DNA from: a virus
Lineage: Duplodnaviria; Caudoviricetes
IMG/VR virus record: IMGVR_UViG_2934390892_000001
Span: 23,046-87,045 of that record
Strand: one strand, 5' to 3'
DNA: 64,000 nt
Shown one piece after another: positions 1 to 8,836 of the stretch. The notes under the pieces are model-generated. The model saw only the letters and a list, made by a program, of their open reading frames with translations. It was not told where the DNA came from and made no database searches. Both the position numbers and the translations under genes were made by a program. Numbering within the stretch: the first letter of the stretch is position 1; each line of letters begins with the position of its first letter.

Positions 1-8
1 GAGAGGCG

Positions 9-692
9 ATGACCATCCAGGCGATCGACACGACGTACAAAGGCTGCCGCTTCCGCTCCCGGCTCGAGGCCCGCTGGGCGGTGTTCTTCGACACGCTCGG
101 CGTCCGCTGGGAGTACGAACCTCAGGGCTACCTGGTGGGGCCGAAGCGCCGCCCGTACCTGCCCGACTTCTACCTGACCGAGCTGCGCTGGTGGGTCGAG
201 GTGAAAGGCCCACTAGAGCGGCTCGACATCCCGCTCCTCCTCGACGCCGTCGACCCGGTCCACGGTTTAGGCCGCGAGGACGCCTTCTGCATGACCAACA
301 TGCTGGTGCTCGGCGACATCCCCACCGGCGAGGTCCCGAACGGGCACCTGTCGATCCGGCGTTCCCGCGCCATTGGCGTCCCGCTCCGCGGCCAGCCGAC
401 CAGCGTCGGCGGCGGATGCGGCGGCGACTGCGCGTTCACGGGGCCGCTGTTCGGCTTCCACTTCTTCGCCCCCGCCTGCGGCATCCTGCCCGACGTCGAC
501 GACGACAGCTTCCGCCGCATGCTGTGCCAGCACGGCGCCCTCCTCGCCCCGGCCTGCCGAGCATCCACCAAGCTGCCCACCGGTGATGTGACCGAGCCGA
601 TCCCGCTGACCGGTGCGCCGTACGCCGAGTACCTCGAATACGCCTACGTGGCCGCCCGTTCTGCCCGTTTCGAGCATGGCGAGTCGGGATGA
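9..692 (+). CDS. Phage PD-(D/E)XK-type nuclease-like protein
   Basis: N-terminal YKGCRFRSRLEARWAVFFD...WEYEPQG...YLPDFYL...WVEVKG (PD...ExK motif). Confidence 0.7.
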   Translation: MTIQAIDTTYKGCRFRSRLEARWAVFFDTLGVRWEYEPQGYLVGPKRRPYLPDFYLTELRWWVEVKGPLERLDIPLLLDAVDPVHGLGREDAFCMTNMLVLGDIPTGEVPNGHLSIRRSRAIGVPLRGQPTSVGGGCGGDCAFTGPLFGFHFFAPACGILPDVDDDSFRRMLCQHGALLAPACRASTKLPTGDVTEPIPLTGAPYAEYLEYAYVAARSARFEHGESG

Positions 693-931
693 CTGCCCGC
701 CCTGCCCCGTACGCCGCTCTCGCCGGCCTCCTGGTCGACCTCCCGACCCTGCTGCGAGAGGCGCGTGAGGACCGCGAGCTGAGCCTTCGGTCGGCGGCAG
801 AGCAGATCGGCTACTCGCGGTCGACGCTGGGCCGTATCGAAGCCGGTGAGGTTTGCCGTGTGGACATTGCGGCTGCTGTCCTGCGGTGGCTCGGCACCCC
901 TGCCTCATCCGACTCGAAGGAGACCTTGTGA
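689..931 (+). CDS. XRE-family HTH protein
   Basis: LREAREDRELSLRSAAEQIGYSRSTLGRIEAG; ATGA overlap with the upstream gene. Confidence 0.85.
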   Translation: MTARPAPYAALAGLLVDLPTLLREAREDRELSLRSAAEQIGYSRSTLGRIEAGEVCRVDIAAAVLRWLGTPASSDSKETL

Positions 932-1220
932 GCTACGCCTGGCCATCGCGAGAGGAGTGGGCGGCCCGCGCCGAGTACTCCGTCCGCACCGCCTGTCTGC
1001 CGCTGGAGCGCGTGCCGCACTGTCGCCGAACGCAACTCCGATGAGGGCTGGGCCAAGGAGCTGGAACGCCGGGCGCGCATCGACGGCGGCGACCACGTGA
1101 TCGTCCATGCACCGCCAGACCGTCCACAACCTGTGCAAACGCCTGGGGATGGCGGCGCATCAGCCGTTAACCGGACAGACACGACAACGCAAGATCGCAA
1201 CGAGAAGGAGATCCCGACCC

Positions 1221-1610
1221 ATGGCTGACACCAAGACCGAGACCGCCACGCAGAACGTCATGAGCAACGCCGACTGGAAGGCCGAAGGCCGCCGCCGCTT
1301 CGGCGAAGACATCAAGCAATGGCAGTTCCAGTGCGCCTCCTGCGGCAACATCGCCACCCCTGCCAGCTTCGAGGAGCTCGGCGCGGATGGGCGTCGGGCG
1401 CCGTTCGACTGCATCGGCCGCGTCCACGTGGAGCTCGGCGGCCTTCCGAACCTCAAAATCGACGGCAACAGCAAGCCGTGCAACTGGACAACTGGGGGCA
1501 TGTTCCGGCTCAGCAACCTCTGGCAGGTCGAGTCCGTCAACGGCACTACCTCGCTGAGCTTCCCGTTCGCCGATGCTCCCGCCAGGGTGGAGGTGGTGTC
1601 CCGTGGCTAG
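1221..1610 (+). CDS. Phage Zn-binding protein (VVA0879-like)
   Basis: RBS AAGGAG; WKAEGRRRFGED..W.FQCASCG...CIGR...CNW. Confidence 0.65.
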   Translation: MADTKTETATQNVMSNADWKAEGRRRFGEDIKQWQFQCASCGNIATPASFEELGADGRRAPFDCIGRVHVELGGLPNLKIDGNSKPCNWTTGGMFRLSNLWQVESVNGTTSLSFPFADAPARVEVVSRG

Positions 1611-2025
1611 GCCGAGTGCCAAACAGGTGATCGCCAGCGTTCTCGGGCGGGTGGACGATCCCAAAGCGCTAGACCTCTCAGGTGCTGTGCTCAAGGCGCT
1701 CACCGTCCACCGGTTCTTCGTCGGACTACAGGCGTGGAAGGACCGGACCAAGGCTCAACTCGCCGCCGAAACGCGTGCCCGAGCTCAGGCCGACGCTGCA
1801 ATCGCGCGGGTCCATGACGCCCACCCCGAGCACGAAGGCCGCTGCGTGCGCTGCGTGCAGTGGTGCACCTGCATGGACGACGCCGCCGCTACCGACCCCG
1901 AGTTGCGCGACCTCGAAGCTCTCGGCCTCCGCTGGACGGAGTGCCCCCACGGCAACGAGCCGTACCCGTGCCCGACCGTCCGGGCCCTCGACGGCATAGA
2001 CCTGTTGGAGACCGAGCGTGGCTGA
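1603..2025 (+). CDS. Hypothetical phage protein with Cys/His motifs
   Basis: GTG after GGAGGTGG; H..CVRC...YPCPTVRAL C-terminus common in actinophage early genes. Confidence 0.6.
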   Translation: MARPSAKQVIASVLGRVDDPKALDLSGAVLKALTVHRFFVGLQAWKDRTKAQLAAETRARAQADAAIARVHDAHPEHEGRCVRCVQWCTCMDDAAATDPELRDLEALGLRWTECPHGNEPYPCPTVRALDGIDLLETERG

Positions 2026-2332
2026 CACCACTGAGAAGACCGCGTCGGGCTGCTCGGTCCAGTTGCTGGACCTGGTCAACCAGCCGTACTGCCACGAGCC
2101 TGTCACGGTCACGTACGTGAGCGGCTGCGTGGGCGAGCACCTTGACGAGGACCGGTTCTGCGAGCGGCACGCCGGTCTGGTGCATGACGGGGACTTGCTC
2201 TGCGTCGAGTGCTGGCGTTCCGGCGCCCGCGTGCCTGTGGTCGTGCTTGCTGAGGTGTTGCCTTCGGGCGAGCGGGTCCGCGTGGCGCGGGTCATCAACG
2301 GAACCTTGCCGCAGGAGGTGTCCGTCTCGTGA
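2018..2332 (+). CDS. Hypothetical Cys-rich protein
   Basis: Overlapping ORF with CVGEH, FCERH and CVEC motifs. Confidence 0.55.
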   Translation: MADTTEKTASGCSVQLLDLVNQPYCHEPVTVTYVSGCVGEHLDEDRFCERHAGLVHDGDLLCVECWRSGARVPVVVLAEVLPSGERVRVARVINGTLPQEVSVS

Positions 2333-2619
2333 CCGCGGGCGAGTATCAGAAATCCAGCTTCTGCAACGGGGCGAGCTCCTGCGTGGAGGTCTGCCACCTC
2401 CCGAACGGCAACGTGGCGCTCCGGGACGGCAAGGAGCAGGACGGCCCTGTCTTGGTCTTCACGCCGAGGGAGTGGGCTGCCTTTGTGGCCGGTGTCTGTG
2501 ACGGCGAGTTCGACTTGGCTTCTCTCGCATCCGGCACGCACGGGTCGGACGGAGAAGCCCCGGGAAGGCCGCCAGCAAAGCCGCTCGCGGGATTTGGGGC
2601 GGATTCCGCACCCGTCTGA
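2329..2619 (+). CDS. DUF397-family protein
   Basis: KSSFC..CVEV...VALRDGK..GPVLVFTPREWAAFVAGV..GEFD signature. Confidence 0.9.
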   Translation: MTAGEYQKSSFCNGASSCVEVCHLPNGNVALRDGKEQDGPVLVFTPREWAAFVAGVCDGEFDLASLASGTHGSDGEAPGRPPAKPLAGFGADSAPV

Positions 2620-2740
2620 GGGTGCCGCTCTGTGAACGTCTCAGAGGGCCCCTACAGCCCCGTGAACAGAACTCAAGATCGAATTCAGCTGTGGATCAAG
2701 CTACTCGTGATCCATGTTCGAGAGAGGAATCGAACGACTC

Positions 2741-3088
2741 ATGACCTACTTCACCGGCAACCTGACCCGCGAAGAGGACGAAGTCCGCGCTGAACTCGCC
2801 CGGCAGGACGCCAAATGGGGCGAACAGAACCACCAGGACGGCACCGGCGGACCCGCGTTCACTGCCTGGGCCTCCGCCGCGCGGCGCATGTGCCAGCGAG
2901 CCGCCGCCGACGACAGCGTGACGTGGCAGCTCATCCTCGACGAGGAGGTCGCCGAAGCGTTCGCCGAAGACGACCCGGACAAGCTCCTCGCCGAGCTGGT
3001 CCAGGTGGAGGCGGTCGCCCGTCAGTGGCGGATGACGATCCGCCGGCGTCTCGCCGCTCAGCAGTCCGGAGAGGCGGCAACCCGATGA
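2741..3088 (+). CDS. MazG-like all-alpha phage protein
   Basis: EL.RQDAKWGEQNH.DGTG...ILDEEVAEAFAE...ELVQVEAVA (EExxE / ELxQ pattern). Confidence 0.6.
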   Translation: MTYFTGNLTREEDEVRAELARQDAKWGEQNHQDGTGGPAFTAWASAARRMCQRAAADDSVTWQLILDEEVAEAFAEDDPDKLLAELVQVEAVARQWRMTIRRRLAAQQSGEAATR

Positions 3089-4053
3089 CCGAGCGCGCCC
3101 GACTCGCACTCATCGTGATCGGCCCCGAACGGCGGGATCGTCTGATCTCCCGCTACGCCGACGGCCTGGTACTGACGCACGGCATGAGCATGAACGCGGC
3201 CCGCCGCTACGCCACCGAACTGGTGGACGACGCCGACCCGGGCGCGGTCCTGTCGATCGGCCAGACCTGGTCGCAACGCGACGGCCGCTCGCTGCCCGGC
3301 GGCGAACTGATCCTTTCCGTCCGCGAGAAGTCGTACACGGTCGCGGGGTTCACCGACGACGGCATGGTGGAGGTCGGCGACGGCAGTCTTCATCTCGGCG
3401 CCCACCTGTTCGCCGGCATGTGGCTGACGGGCTGGCCGGACACCTACACGCTCGCTGACGACGAAGCGCAGGCGCCGCAGGCCGCTCTCCCCGAGCCCGG
3501 CGAGGGTGACGAGACGCCCGCCGGCGAAGACCGGTTCGATCCGCGAAGCCTGTGGGTCATGGCCCACCGATCCGACGAGAACGGCCTGCCGCTCGGCGAA
3601 GGACTCCCACTCCTCACCGCCCACTACCGGGCCGTGAACTGGAAGAAGCCCGAGTACGAGCCCAGCTACGGCAACGCCCTCGACGTCCCCGCCTACCTGG
3701 ACGAGTACCTCGCCGACTACCGGGCAGGCTGGCCCGACTTCCGCGCCCAGTTCAAGCCCGGCGAATGGCTGGACTACTTCAACGGCCTCGGCGGCTGCGA
3801 GACGGACATCGCCGTCGCCGCCTACCTCGGGCGGTGGCTGTGGCAGCGGGTCCGCTCCGACGTCGTCCACGAGTACGGCGGCACTGTGGACGGGTTCGAC
3901 GTCATGTTCCCGTGGGCGCCGTACTACGCCGACGCCGTGTTGGAGGCAGCCCCGTACGCCGACCCTGAGTGGGAGATCCCGTCCGATCACCGGCTGGCCC
4001 AGTGTGACGGCCAGCGCAGCCTGTTCGAGCAGCCTGAGGAGGCGTCCCGATGA
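3085..4053 (+). CDS. Hypothetical phage protein, apparently two domains with an acidic linker
   Basis: ATGA overlap, GC3-rich frame. Confidence 0.65.
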   Translation: MTERARLALIVIGPERRDRLISRYADGLVLTHGMSMNAARRYATELVDDADPGAVLSIGQTWSQRDGRSLPGGELILSVREKSYTVAGFTDDGMVEVGDGSLHLGAHLFAGMWLTGWPDTYTLADDEAQAPQAALPEPGEGDETPAGEDRFDPRSLWVMAHRSDENGLPLGEGLPLLTAHYRAVNWKKPEYEPSYGNALDVPAYLDEYLADYRAGWPDFRAQFKPGEWLDYFNGLGGCETDIAVAAYLGRWLWQRVRSDVVHEYGGTVDGFDVMFPWAPYYADAVLEAAPYADPEWEIPSDHRLAQCDGQRSLFEQPEEASR

Positions 4054-4454
4054 CCGCCCCGATGCTGTTCAAGCTCGTCAGGGATCACGACGTCAGTGGC
4101 GTGTCCGGCGTGGGTGAGGTCGCTGACGGGGTGATCTGGCCGGACGGCACCGTGTCGGTCCGCTGGCGTGGAGAGCGTCCGTCGGTCGTCCACTGGGTCA
4201 ACCTCGACGACGTCAAAGCGATCCACGGCCACAGCGGAGCAACGAGGGTCGTGCTGCCATCCTCCGAGCGCGAGCGGCTTGGCCGGATCGCTGACGCGCA
4301 TGCGAAAGACGACGGCGGAGCGGGCACCACGTCCGGGATGTGTCAGGAGTGCGGCTGGGCTCACCCGTGCCCCACGTTCGTGTGGGCGACCACCGAACGG
4401 GACGCGAACGCGACCTGGGATCCCCGCGACGACGAGGCTGAGGAGGCGTCGTGA
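4050..4454 (+). CDS. Hypothetical phage protein
   Basis: F.L.RDHDVSGVSGVGEVADGV.WPDG.V..RW...HGHSG.T.V motif, then CQECG..PCPT. Confidence 0.75.
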   Translation: MTAPMLFKLVRDHDVSGVSGVGEVADGVIWPDGTVSVRWRGERPSVVHWVNLDDVKAIHGHSGATRVVLPSSERERLGRIADAHAKDDGGAGTTSGMCQECGWAHPCPTFVWATTERDANATWDPRDDEAEEAS

Positions 4455-4795
4455 TCGTCGAACCCTTGGTCGTGCTGATCCTCCACTGCTCCCGCTGCAA
4501 CACCCCGTGGACCGACCCGGACACCGAGTCCCCGGTGTGGTGGGCCGACGTCGACCAGATCGCGGCCATGTTCAAGCAGGCAGTCGGCGCCGACTTCTAC
4601 GGCTGGCGCCGCGCCGGCGACCTGTACCTGTGCGAGGACTGCCACATCGTCGAGGGCGGCGAGGTGGTGGAGAAGGCGCCGCTCCGGCCCGTCGAGCAGG
4701 CAGCGGTCCTCCGAGCGCAGACCACCTACGCGCGGCGCATCGGCGAGGTGGCCGCGTACGAGCTGGCGCCGAGTCTGACAGGGGAGTCCCGGTGA
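4451..4795 (+). CDS. Hypothetical Zn-finger protein
   Basis: CSRC...GW...LCEDC; GTGA overlap. Confidence 0.65.
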   Translation: MIVEPLVVLILHCSRCNTPWTDPDTESPVWWADVDQIAAMFKQAVGADFYGWRRAGDLYLCEDCHIVEGGEVVEKAPLRPVEQAAVLRAQTTYARRIGEVAAYELAPSLTGESR

Positions 4796-4977
4796 GCATC
4801 CGTCACGTCGCCTTCGACTGCGACACCCCCGGCTGCTGGGCGCACTGCCAGATCAACGCCAGGCACGTGGACTCCGCCTTCGCGATCGCGGTCGAGCGGT
4901 ACGGCTGGAGCGAGCGTGACGGCCAGCAGTACTGCGGTCCATGCACGCGAGGTGAGCGGCCGGGGGAGTCCCGGTGA
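4792..4977 (+). CDS. Small Zn-finger protein
   Basis: CDTPGC...GW...YCGPC; GTGA overlaps at both ends. Confidence 0.65.
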   Translation: MSIRHVAFDCDTPGCWAHCQINARHVDSAFAIAVERYGWSERDGQQYCGPCTRGERPGESR

Positions 4978-5198
4978 CCTTGCAGGACGACCTCCGCTCG
5001 CTCCTCGTTGGCGAGCTCCGTTCGGCGCGCCTATCGCAGGCTGAGGCGGCCCGCCGGTTGGGCCTCTCGGCGAAGCACATAAACCAGATGCTCACCGGGC
5101 GGGCCCCGCTCAGCGTGGAGTGGGCCGATCAGATCGCCGACCTGTGCGGCAGGGAGCTGCTGGCCGCCAGTCGCCCGGTGGCGGGGGAGTCCCGGTGA
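4974..5198 (+). CDS. XRE-family HTH protein
   Basis: LSQAEAARRLGLSAKHINQMLTGRAPLS. Confidence 0.85.
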   Translation: MTLQDDLRSLLVGELRSARLSQAEAARRLGLSAKHINQMLTGRAPLSVEWADQIADLCGRELLAASRPVAGESR

Positions 5199-5202
5199 AG
5201 GG

Positions 5203-5451
5203 CTACTCGGGGTCGGGCTGCTCGCGGGTCCTTGGGCCACGAGAAAGCGGCTCGACACCCCGTGCTCGGAGCTCTTTCCGGATGGTGACGGCGGTCGTGA
5301 AGGAGCGGGGGGCGATGCTGTCGGCAGATTCGAGCCCTGCCCGGACCCTCTCGGCGCACAGGTCGAAGAACTCTGCTTTGGCCTGGTCTAGGGCGGCTTG
5401 AAGCTTCTGGCAGCGCTTGCTGGATGCGGCGATCGAATCGGCAGGGCTCAT
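5203..5451 (-). CDS. Small coiled-coil plus HTH-like regulator, leaderless
   Basis: TACTAT -10 hexamer 7 nt before the ATG; resembles 61869-62156. Confidence 0.6.
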   Translation of the reverse strand: MSPADSIAASSKRCQKLQAALDQAKAEFFDLCAERVRAGLESADSIAPRSFTTAVTIRKELRARGVEPLSRGPRTREQPDPE

Positions 5452-5556
5452 GCGAAAGATAGTACCGAAAGAGGCTTGCGAAACCTAGCGTCGTAGGCCA
5501 TAGTCGTAAGTAGATTTCGAAACCAAAGATCGAAACTCGGCAGCGAGGAGACGAGC
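5452..5556. promoter_or_regulatory. Divergent promoter region with 13-bp-phased CG(A/T)AA repeats
   Basis: Rightward TTGCGA(5476)-N17-CATAGT(5499); leftward TACTAT; CG at 5453, 5466, 5479, 5492, 5505, 5518, 5531 and 5544. Confidence 0.7.
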
Positions 5557-5820
5557 ATGACCGCCGTCCGCGAGATCGACCTCGGCACCCTCAACCGCGA
5601 CCGCCAGGGCCGCTTCACCAAGGTCTTCACCCTGCAGTACGACACCCACGTCAAGGGGAGCGTCGCGGTCGTCAAGCTGGTCCGCCACCTGCCCGCCTCC
5701 GGCGTCGAGACCATCGGCAAGGTGCTCATGAAGGTGTCCGAGGACGTCGCCTGGAACATCGAGGTCCTCGACAGCGACGGCAACGACTGCACGTTCGACT
5801 TCGAGTGCTTCCAGGGCTGA
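5557..5820 (+). CDS. Hypothetical protein
   Basis: GAGGAG RBS, strong codon bias. Confidence 0.75.
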   Translation: MTAVREIDLGTLNRDRQGRFTKVFTLQYDTHVKGSVAVVKLVRHLPASGVETIGKVLMKVSEDVAWNIEVLDSDGNDCTFDFECFQG

Positions 5821-5826
5821 CCGGAC

Positions 5827-6129
5827 ATGGCTATCAACTGGGGCGACCTGCCCTCGGCGCCCGAGAACGACACCGCCGAACAGCGCGACGCACGGATGGC
5901 GGAAGGTCGCCCGTGCCTACGCTGCCCCAAGAAGGCAACGACCGCGTACGTGATCCAGACCAGGTCTGGCCCGCGCTGGATCGACCTGTGCAAGGCCGAC
6001 AGCGACGCCATGGTGCGCTGGCTGCACCGGGAGATCGTCGTGGTCGAACTGCCCACATCGGCCAACCCTGAGCCGCAGCCGCCCGCCTCGCCGATGGACG
6101 CCCTGGCCGAGTTCCTCTCCACCCGCTGA
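5827..6129 (+). CDS. Hypothetical Zn-binding protein
   Basis: CLRC...RWIDLC. Confidence 0.65.
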   Translation: MAINWGDLPSAPENDTAEQRDARMAEGRPCLRCPKKATTAYVIQTRSGPRWIDLCKADSDAMVRWLHREIVVVELPTSANPEPQPPASPMDALAEFLSTR

Positions 6130-6202
6130 CCTTCTCCGGCTCCGGGAGACCGGGGCCACCTTCCTTTCCTAAAGACCACCCCTCCCGCCCGACGTAGGAG
6201 AA

Positions 6203-6499
6203 GTGACGATGCTCATGGCCACCGAGACCTGTGCTCGACCTGAGCCGCACGAGAGATCGCGAATCTGGCATGCCCGTGCTGGCGACTTGCTGGAGCAGGC
6301 GCTCGGGCAGTTCCGAGATGGCGAGGATGCCATCCCCGCCGTGGGGGCGGCTCTCGCCGCCTTGCGGATTGCGGTGGGGGAGCTGGCCGAGGACGCGCTG
6401 GACTTCATGTTCCCGGAGGCGGATCGCTGCATCTGCCCGCCTGACCTCCGCCGTCGCGGCGGGTTTTGCGGGGGTTGCCCCGCTCACGCCTCGGCCTAG
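6203..6499 (+). CDS. Hypothetical protein with C-terminal CxC...CxxH
   Basis: AGGAG RBS; CICPP...GGCPAH. Confidence 0.6.
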   Translation: MTMLMATETCARPEPHERSRIWHARAGDLLEQALGQFRDGEDAIPAVGAALAALRIAVGELAEDALDFMFPEADRCICPPDLRRRGGFCGGCPAHASA

Positions 6500-6573
6500 C
6501 GCCACCTGACCTTTCCCGGCCCCGGAACCCCTCTGGGGCCACACCCAAACCCTAACGATCAAGGAGCCCCGAG

Positions 6574-6855
6574 ATGCGGACGACCCTCACTCCCGAAAAG
6601 CTCGCCGAACTCGCGGCACAGGGCAGGGCCGAAGCGGCGAGAAGCCCTTTCGTGGACCCTTGTGCAGCCGTCCAGTCGAAGAAGCTCTTACGTGAGCGCG
6701 GCGAGGAATGGGCGGCGAGCGTCCTCATGCGAGACCTGTCCCGCCGCTCGATCGCACTCCCGCACCTGCCATGGCTCGAGGACGGCGAGATAGAGACGCT
6801 GATCCTCGCTGACCGTGCCGAATGGGAGCTGTTTGAGCACGCCGCGACCGCCTGA
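6574..6855 (+). CDS. Hypothetical protein
   Basis: AAGGAG RBS. Confidence 0.7.
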   Translation: MRTTLTPEKLAELAAQGRAEAARSPFVDPCAAVQSKKLLRERGEEWAASVLMRDLSRRSIALPHLPWLEDGEIETLILADRAEWELFEHAATA

Positions 6856-6911
6856 CCCCTCTGGTCCGGCTGCTTCCTGCCGGGCCAACCCTCAACCCCC
6901 TGGAGACCGAC

Positions 6912-7130
6912 ATGCACACCGACACCGAGGACCTCGCCGCGATCGACTTCGACGACCTACTCGACACCTACCTCGCGCACCCCAAGCTCTGCCCGTGCAC
7001 CCGATGCGCCGAGATGGATCGGCGACTGGGCGAGATGTGCGTCCACCCAGGCTGCCGCAAGCTCAGCGAGCCGGGGAGTTGGCGGTGCGGTGACCATCCG
7101 TCCACGACTCGCCTGCATGTCGCGAACTGA
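6912..7130 (+). CDS. Small Cys/His-rich protein
   Basis: GGAG RBS; CPCTRC, CVHPGC, CGDH. Confidence 0.6.
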   Translation: MHTDTEDLAAIDFDDLLDTYLAHPKLCPCTRCAEMDRRLGEMCVHPGCRKLSEPGSWRCGDHPSTTRLHVAN

Positions 7131-7192
7131 CCTTCTCCTGTCTCCCGGCTCCTGCCGGGGAGACGCCCAATCCTCACGGAACGGAGATCAAC

Positions 7193-7384
7193 ATGCCTGA
7201 CACCCAGTTCTACGGCTCGCTCGACGGTCGCGGCGATGAGGAGATGGGCGTCCACCGCGACGGAGACGACCTCACCCTCGTCGTCGGCGGGCACCGCGTC
7301 AGGTTCGACGACATCGACGACGCGCTGTTCCTCGCTGACCAGTTGCATGCCGCTCACGCAGACGCCCTTCGCCGCCTGCCCTGA
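7193..7384 (+). CDS. Hypothetical protein
   Basis: GGAG RBS, codon bias. Confidence 0.6.
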   Translation: MPDTQFYGSLDGRGDEEMGVHRDGDDLTLVVGGHRVRFDDIDDALFLADQLHAAHADALRRLP

Positions 7385-7473
7385 CCTTCGGCTCTCTCCT
7401 CCCGGCTTGGACGGGCAGCCTCAGAGGCAGGAGGGAGCACCAGACCCAAGACCATCAACGACAAGGGAGACCC

Positions 7474-7707
7474 GTGGAGCGCACGCCCAGCACAGACAAC
7501 CAGGCGGCAATCGCGGCTCGGTTCGCCATGACCGGTAGAGACGACCCGACGATCGCCCGAGTCCTGGAGTGCTCAGTCAGCCACGTCCGCGCCCTCCGGA
7601 AGGAGTACGGCATCGACCCGGGGGAGACGCGGTGGCTGTCGAACACCAGCCCGTTGAACACCCGCTACGAGACGCCTGTGGACTCCTCCCTCCCCGAGAA
7701 GGGCTGA
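7474..7707 (+). CDS. Small HTH-like protein
   Basis: DPTIARVLECSVSHVRALRKEYGI. Confidence 0.6.
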   Translation: MERTPSTDNQAAIAARFAMTGRDDPTIARVLECSVSHVRALRKEYGIDPGETRWLSNTSPLNTRYETPVDSSLPEKG

Positions 7708-7710
7708 CCG

Positions 7711-8064
7711 ATGGCCAAGATCGACGCACCGCCCGTGACAGTCGGCAGCGTGTGGGCGTGCAACTCCGCCCGGGAGTGGGGCCGCTCAGTGGAAGTGATC
7801 GCCATCCGGGACGACTACGCGGTGGTGAAGACGCTCACCAACTCCCACGAGGTGCAACGGGGACTGGACGCCAACGAGAGGTGCGAGCGGGCAGATGCGA
7901 TGAGGCCGTTCCCGAACGTCTTCGACCGGGTCGGTATGACTGGCCGCATCCGGCTGCACCGGATGCGGCCCACCGCCAACGGCTACCGGTATGTGACGGA
8001 TGCCGCCGTGGTGACGAACGACGCTCTCGCAGCGCTGTTCGCCGCTGAGCCCGAGGAGGGCTGA
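7711..8064 (+). CDS. Hypothetical phage protein
   Basis: VGSVW...GRSVEV...RI...RMRPTANGY.YV motif. Confidence 0.65.
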   Translation: MAKIDAPPVTVGSVWACNSAREWGRSVEVIAIRDDYAVVKTLTNSHEVQRGLDANERCERADAMRPFPNVFDRVGMTGRIRLHRMRPTANGYRYVTDAAVVTNDALAALFAAEPEEG

Positions 8065-8067
8065 CCC

Positions 8068-8301
8068 GTGACGACCACGATCGACGACCTCGCGGGCCGC
8101 ATGTGGAGCGACGAATCCGACACCGTAGCCGAACTCCAGCCGGACGGCTCCTGGACGGTCACCGGCAGGCCCGGCCGCTACAACCGCAACCAGGCCATCA
8201 CCGCCATGGTTCTCGCCGAGTCCTACGCGGCAGGGACGCCGGCCGATGACCCGTTCGTGCAGGGATGGGAAGCCGAACTGAAGGAGCCCCGTCATGGCTG
8301 A
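8068..8301 (+). CDS. Hypothetical protein
   Basis: GGAGG RBS; NRNQAITAMVLAE. Confidence 0.65.
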   Translation: MTTTIDDLAGRMWSDESDTVAELQPDGSWTVTGRPGRYNRNQAITAMVLAESYAAGTPADDPFVQGWEAELKEPRHG

Positions 8302-8836
8302 CCAAGAGCCGAAGCGCATCCAGCGCAAGAGGACGGGCGGGTGGAAGATGCCCGAGGGCGCGGTGTACGTAGGCCGCCCGAGCAAGTGGGGCAACCCCTT
8401 CGGCTACCGCACATACTCCGGTCTCGCCCGCGTGCCAGCAGTCCTCGACCCGACCGCCGAGTGGGAGTACGAGGGGCGGATCAGCGGCGATGGCACGCGC
8501 CACGACTACCACCACCCGGACGGCACCGTCACCATCTGCCACGTTCGGTACATGACCAGGGCCGAGATCGTCGAGACGTTCCGGCTGGCCCTGCTTGAAC
8601 GGGACACGCCCTCCATGCGGGCGGCGTTCCCGAGCGGGAGAGGCAAATGGCTCGGCAGGTGGGTCGGCAAGCATCCCAATCGGCGCCGCGCGTACATCAC
8701 CGTTGAGGACGTCCGCCGCGAACTCGCGGGTAGGGACCTCGCCTGCTGGTGTCCACTCATGGATGAGCACGGCAACCACGTTCCGTGTCACGCAGACGTC
8801 CTGCTGGAGATCGCGAACGGAGAGCCCGATGCCTGA
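8294..8836 (+). CDS. DUF4326-family protein
   Basis: PKRIQRKRT.GWKMPEGAVYVGRPSKWGNPF...LAGRDLACWCP...CHADVLLEIAN. Confidence 0.9.
   Translation: MADQEPKRIQRKRTGGWKMPEGAVYVGRPSKWGNPFGYRTYSGLARVPAVLDPTAEWEYEGRISGDGTRHDYHHPDGTVTICHVRYMTRAEIVETFRLALLERDTPSMRAAFPSGRGKWLGRWVGKHPNRRRAYITVEDVRRELAGRDLACWCPLMDEHGNHVPCHADVLLEIANGEPDA

Larger units (their letters stand above)
4781..5198 (+). repeat. Three copies of the 15-mer GGGGAGTCCCGGTGA (4781-4795, 4963-4977, 5184-5198) at consecutive gene ends
   Basis: Exact matches; each supplies an RBS plus a GTG/TGA overlap. Confidence 0.9.
6127..7441 (+). repeat. Five intergenic units of TGACC(T/C)-pyrimidines-GC hairpin-C/A-rich spacer-GGAG RBS
   Basis: Units start at 6127, 6507, 6853, 7128 and 7382. 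Confidence 0.7.

Noticed and set aside
928-1200. Short ORFs between the HTH and VVA0879-like genes
   Set aside because: Fragmentary frames without consistent support; possibly a decayed gene, not called
6127-7441. CRISPR array or integron attC array
   Set aside because: Repeats are not identical, the spacers are whole genes, and no cas or integron integrase is present
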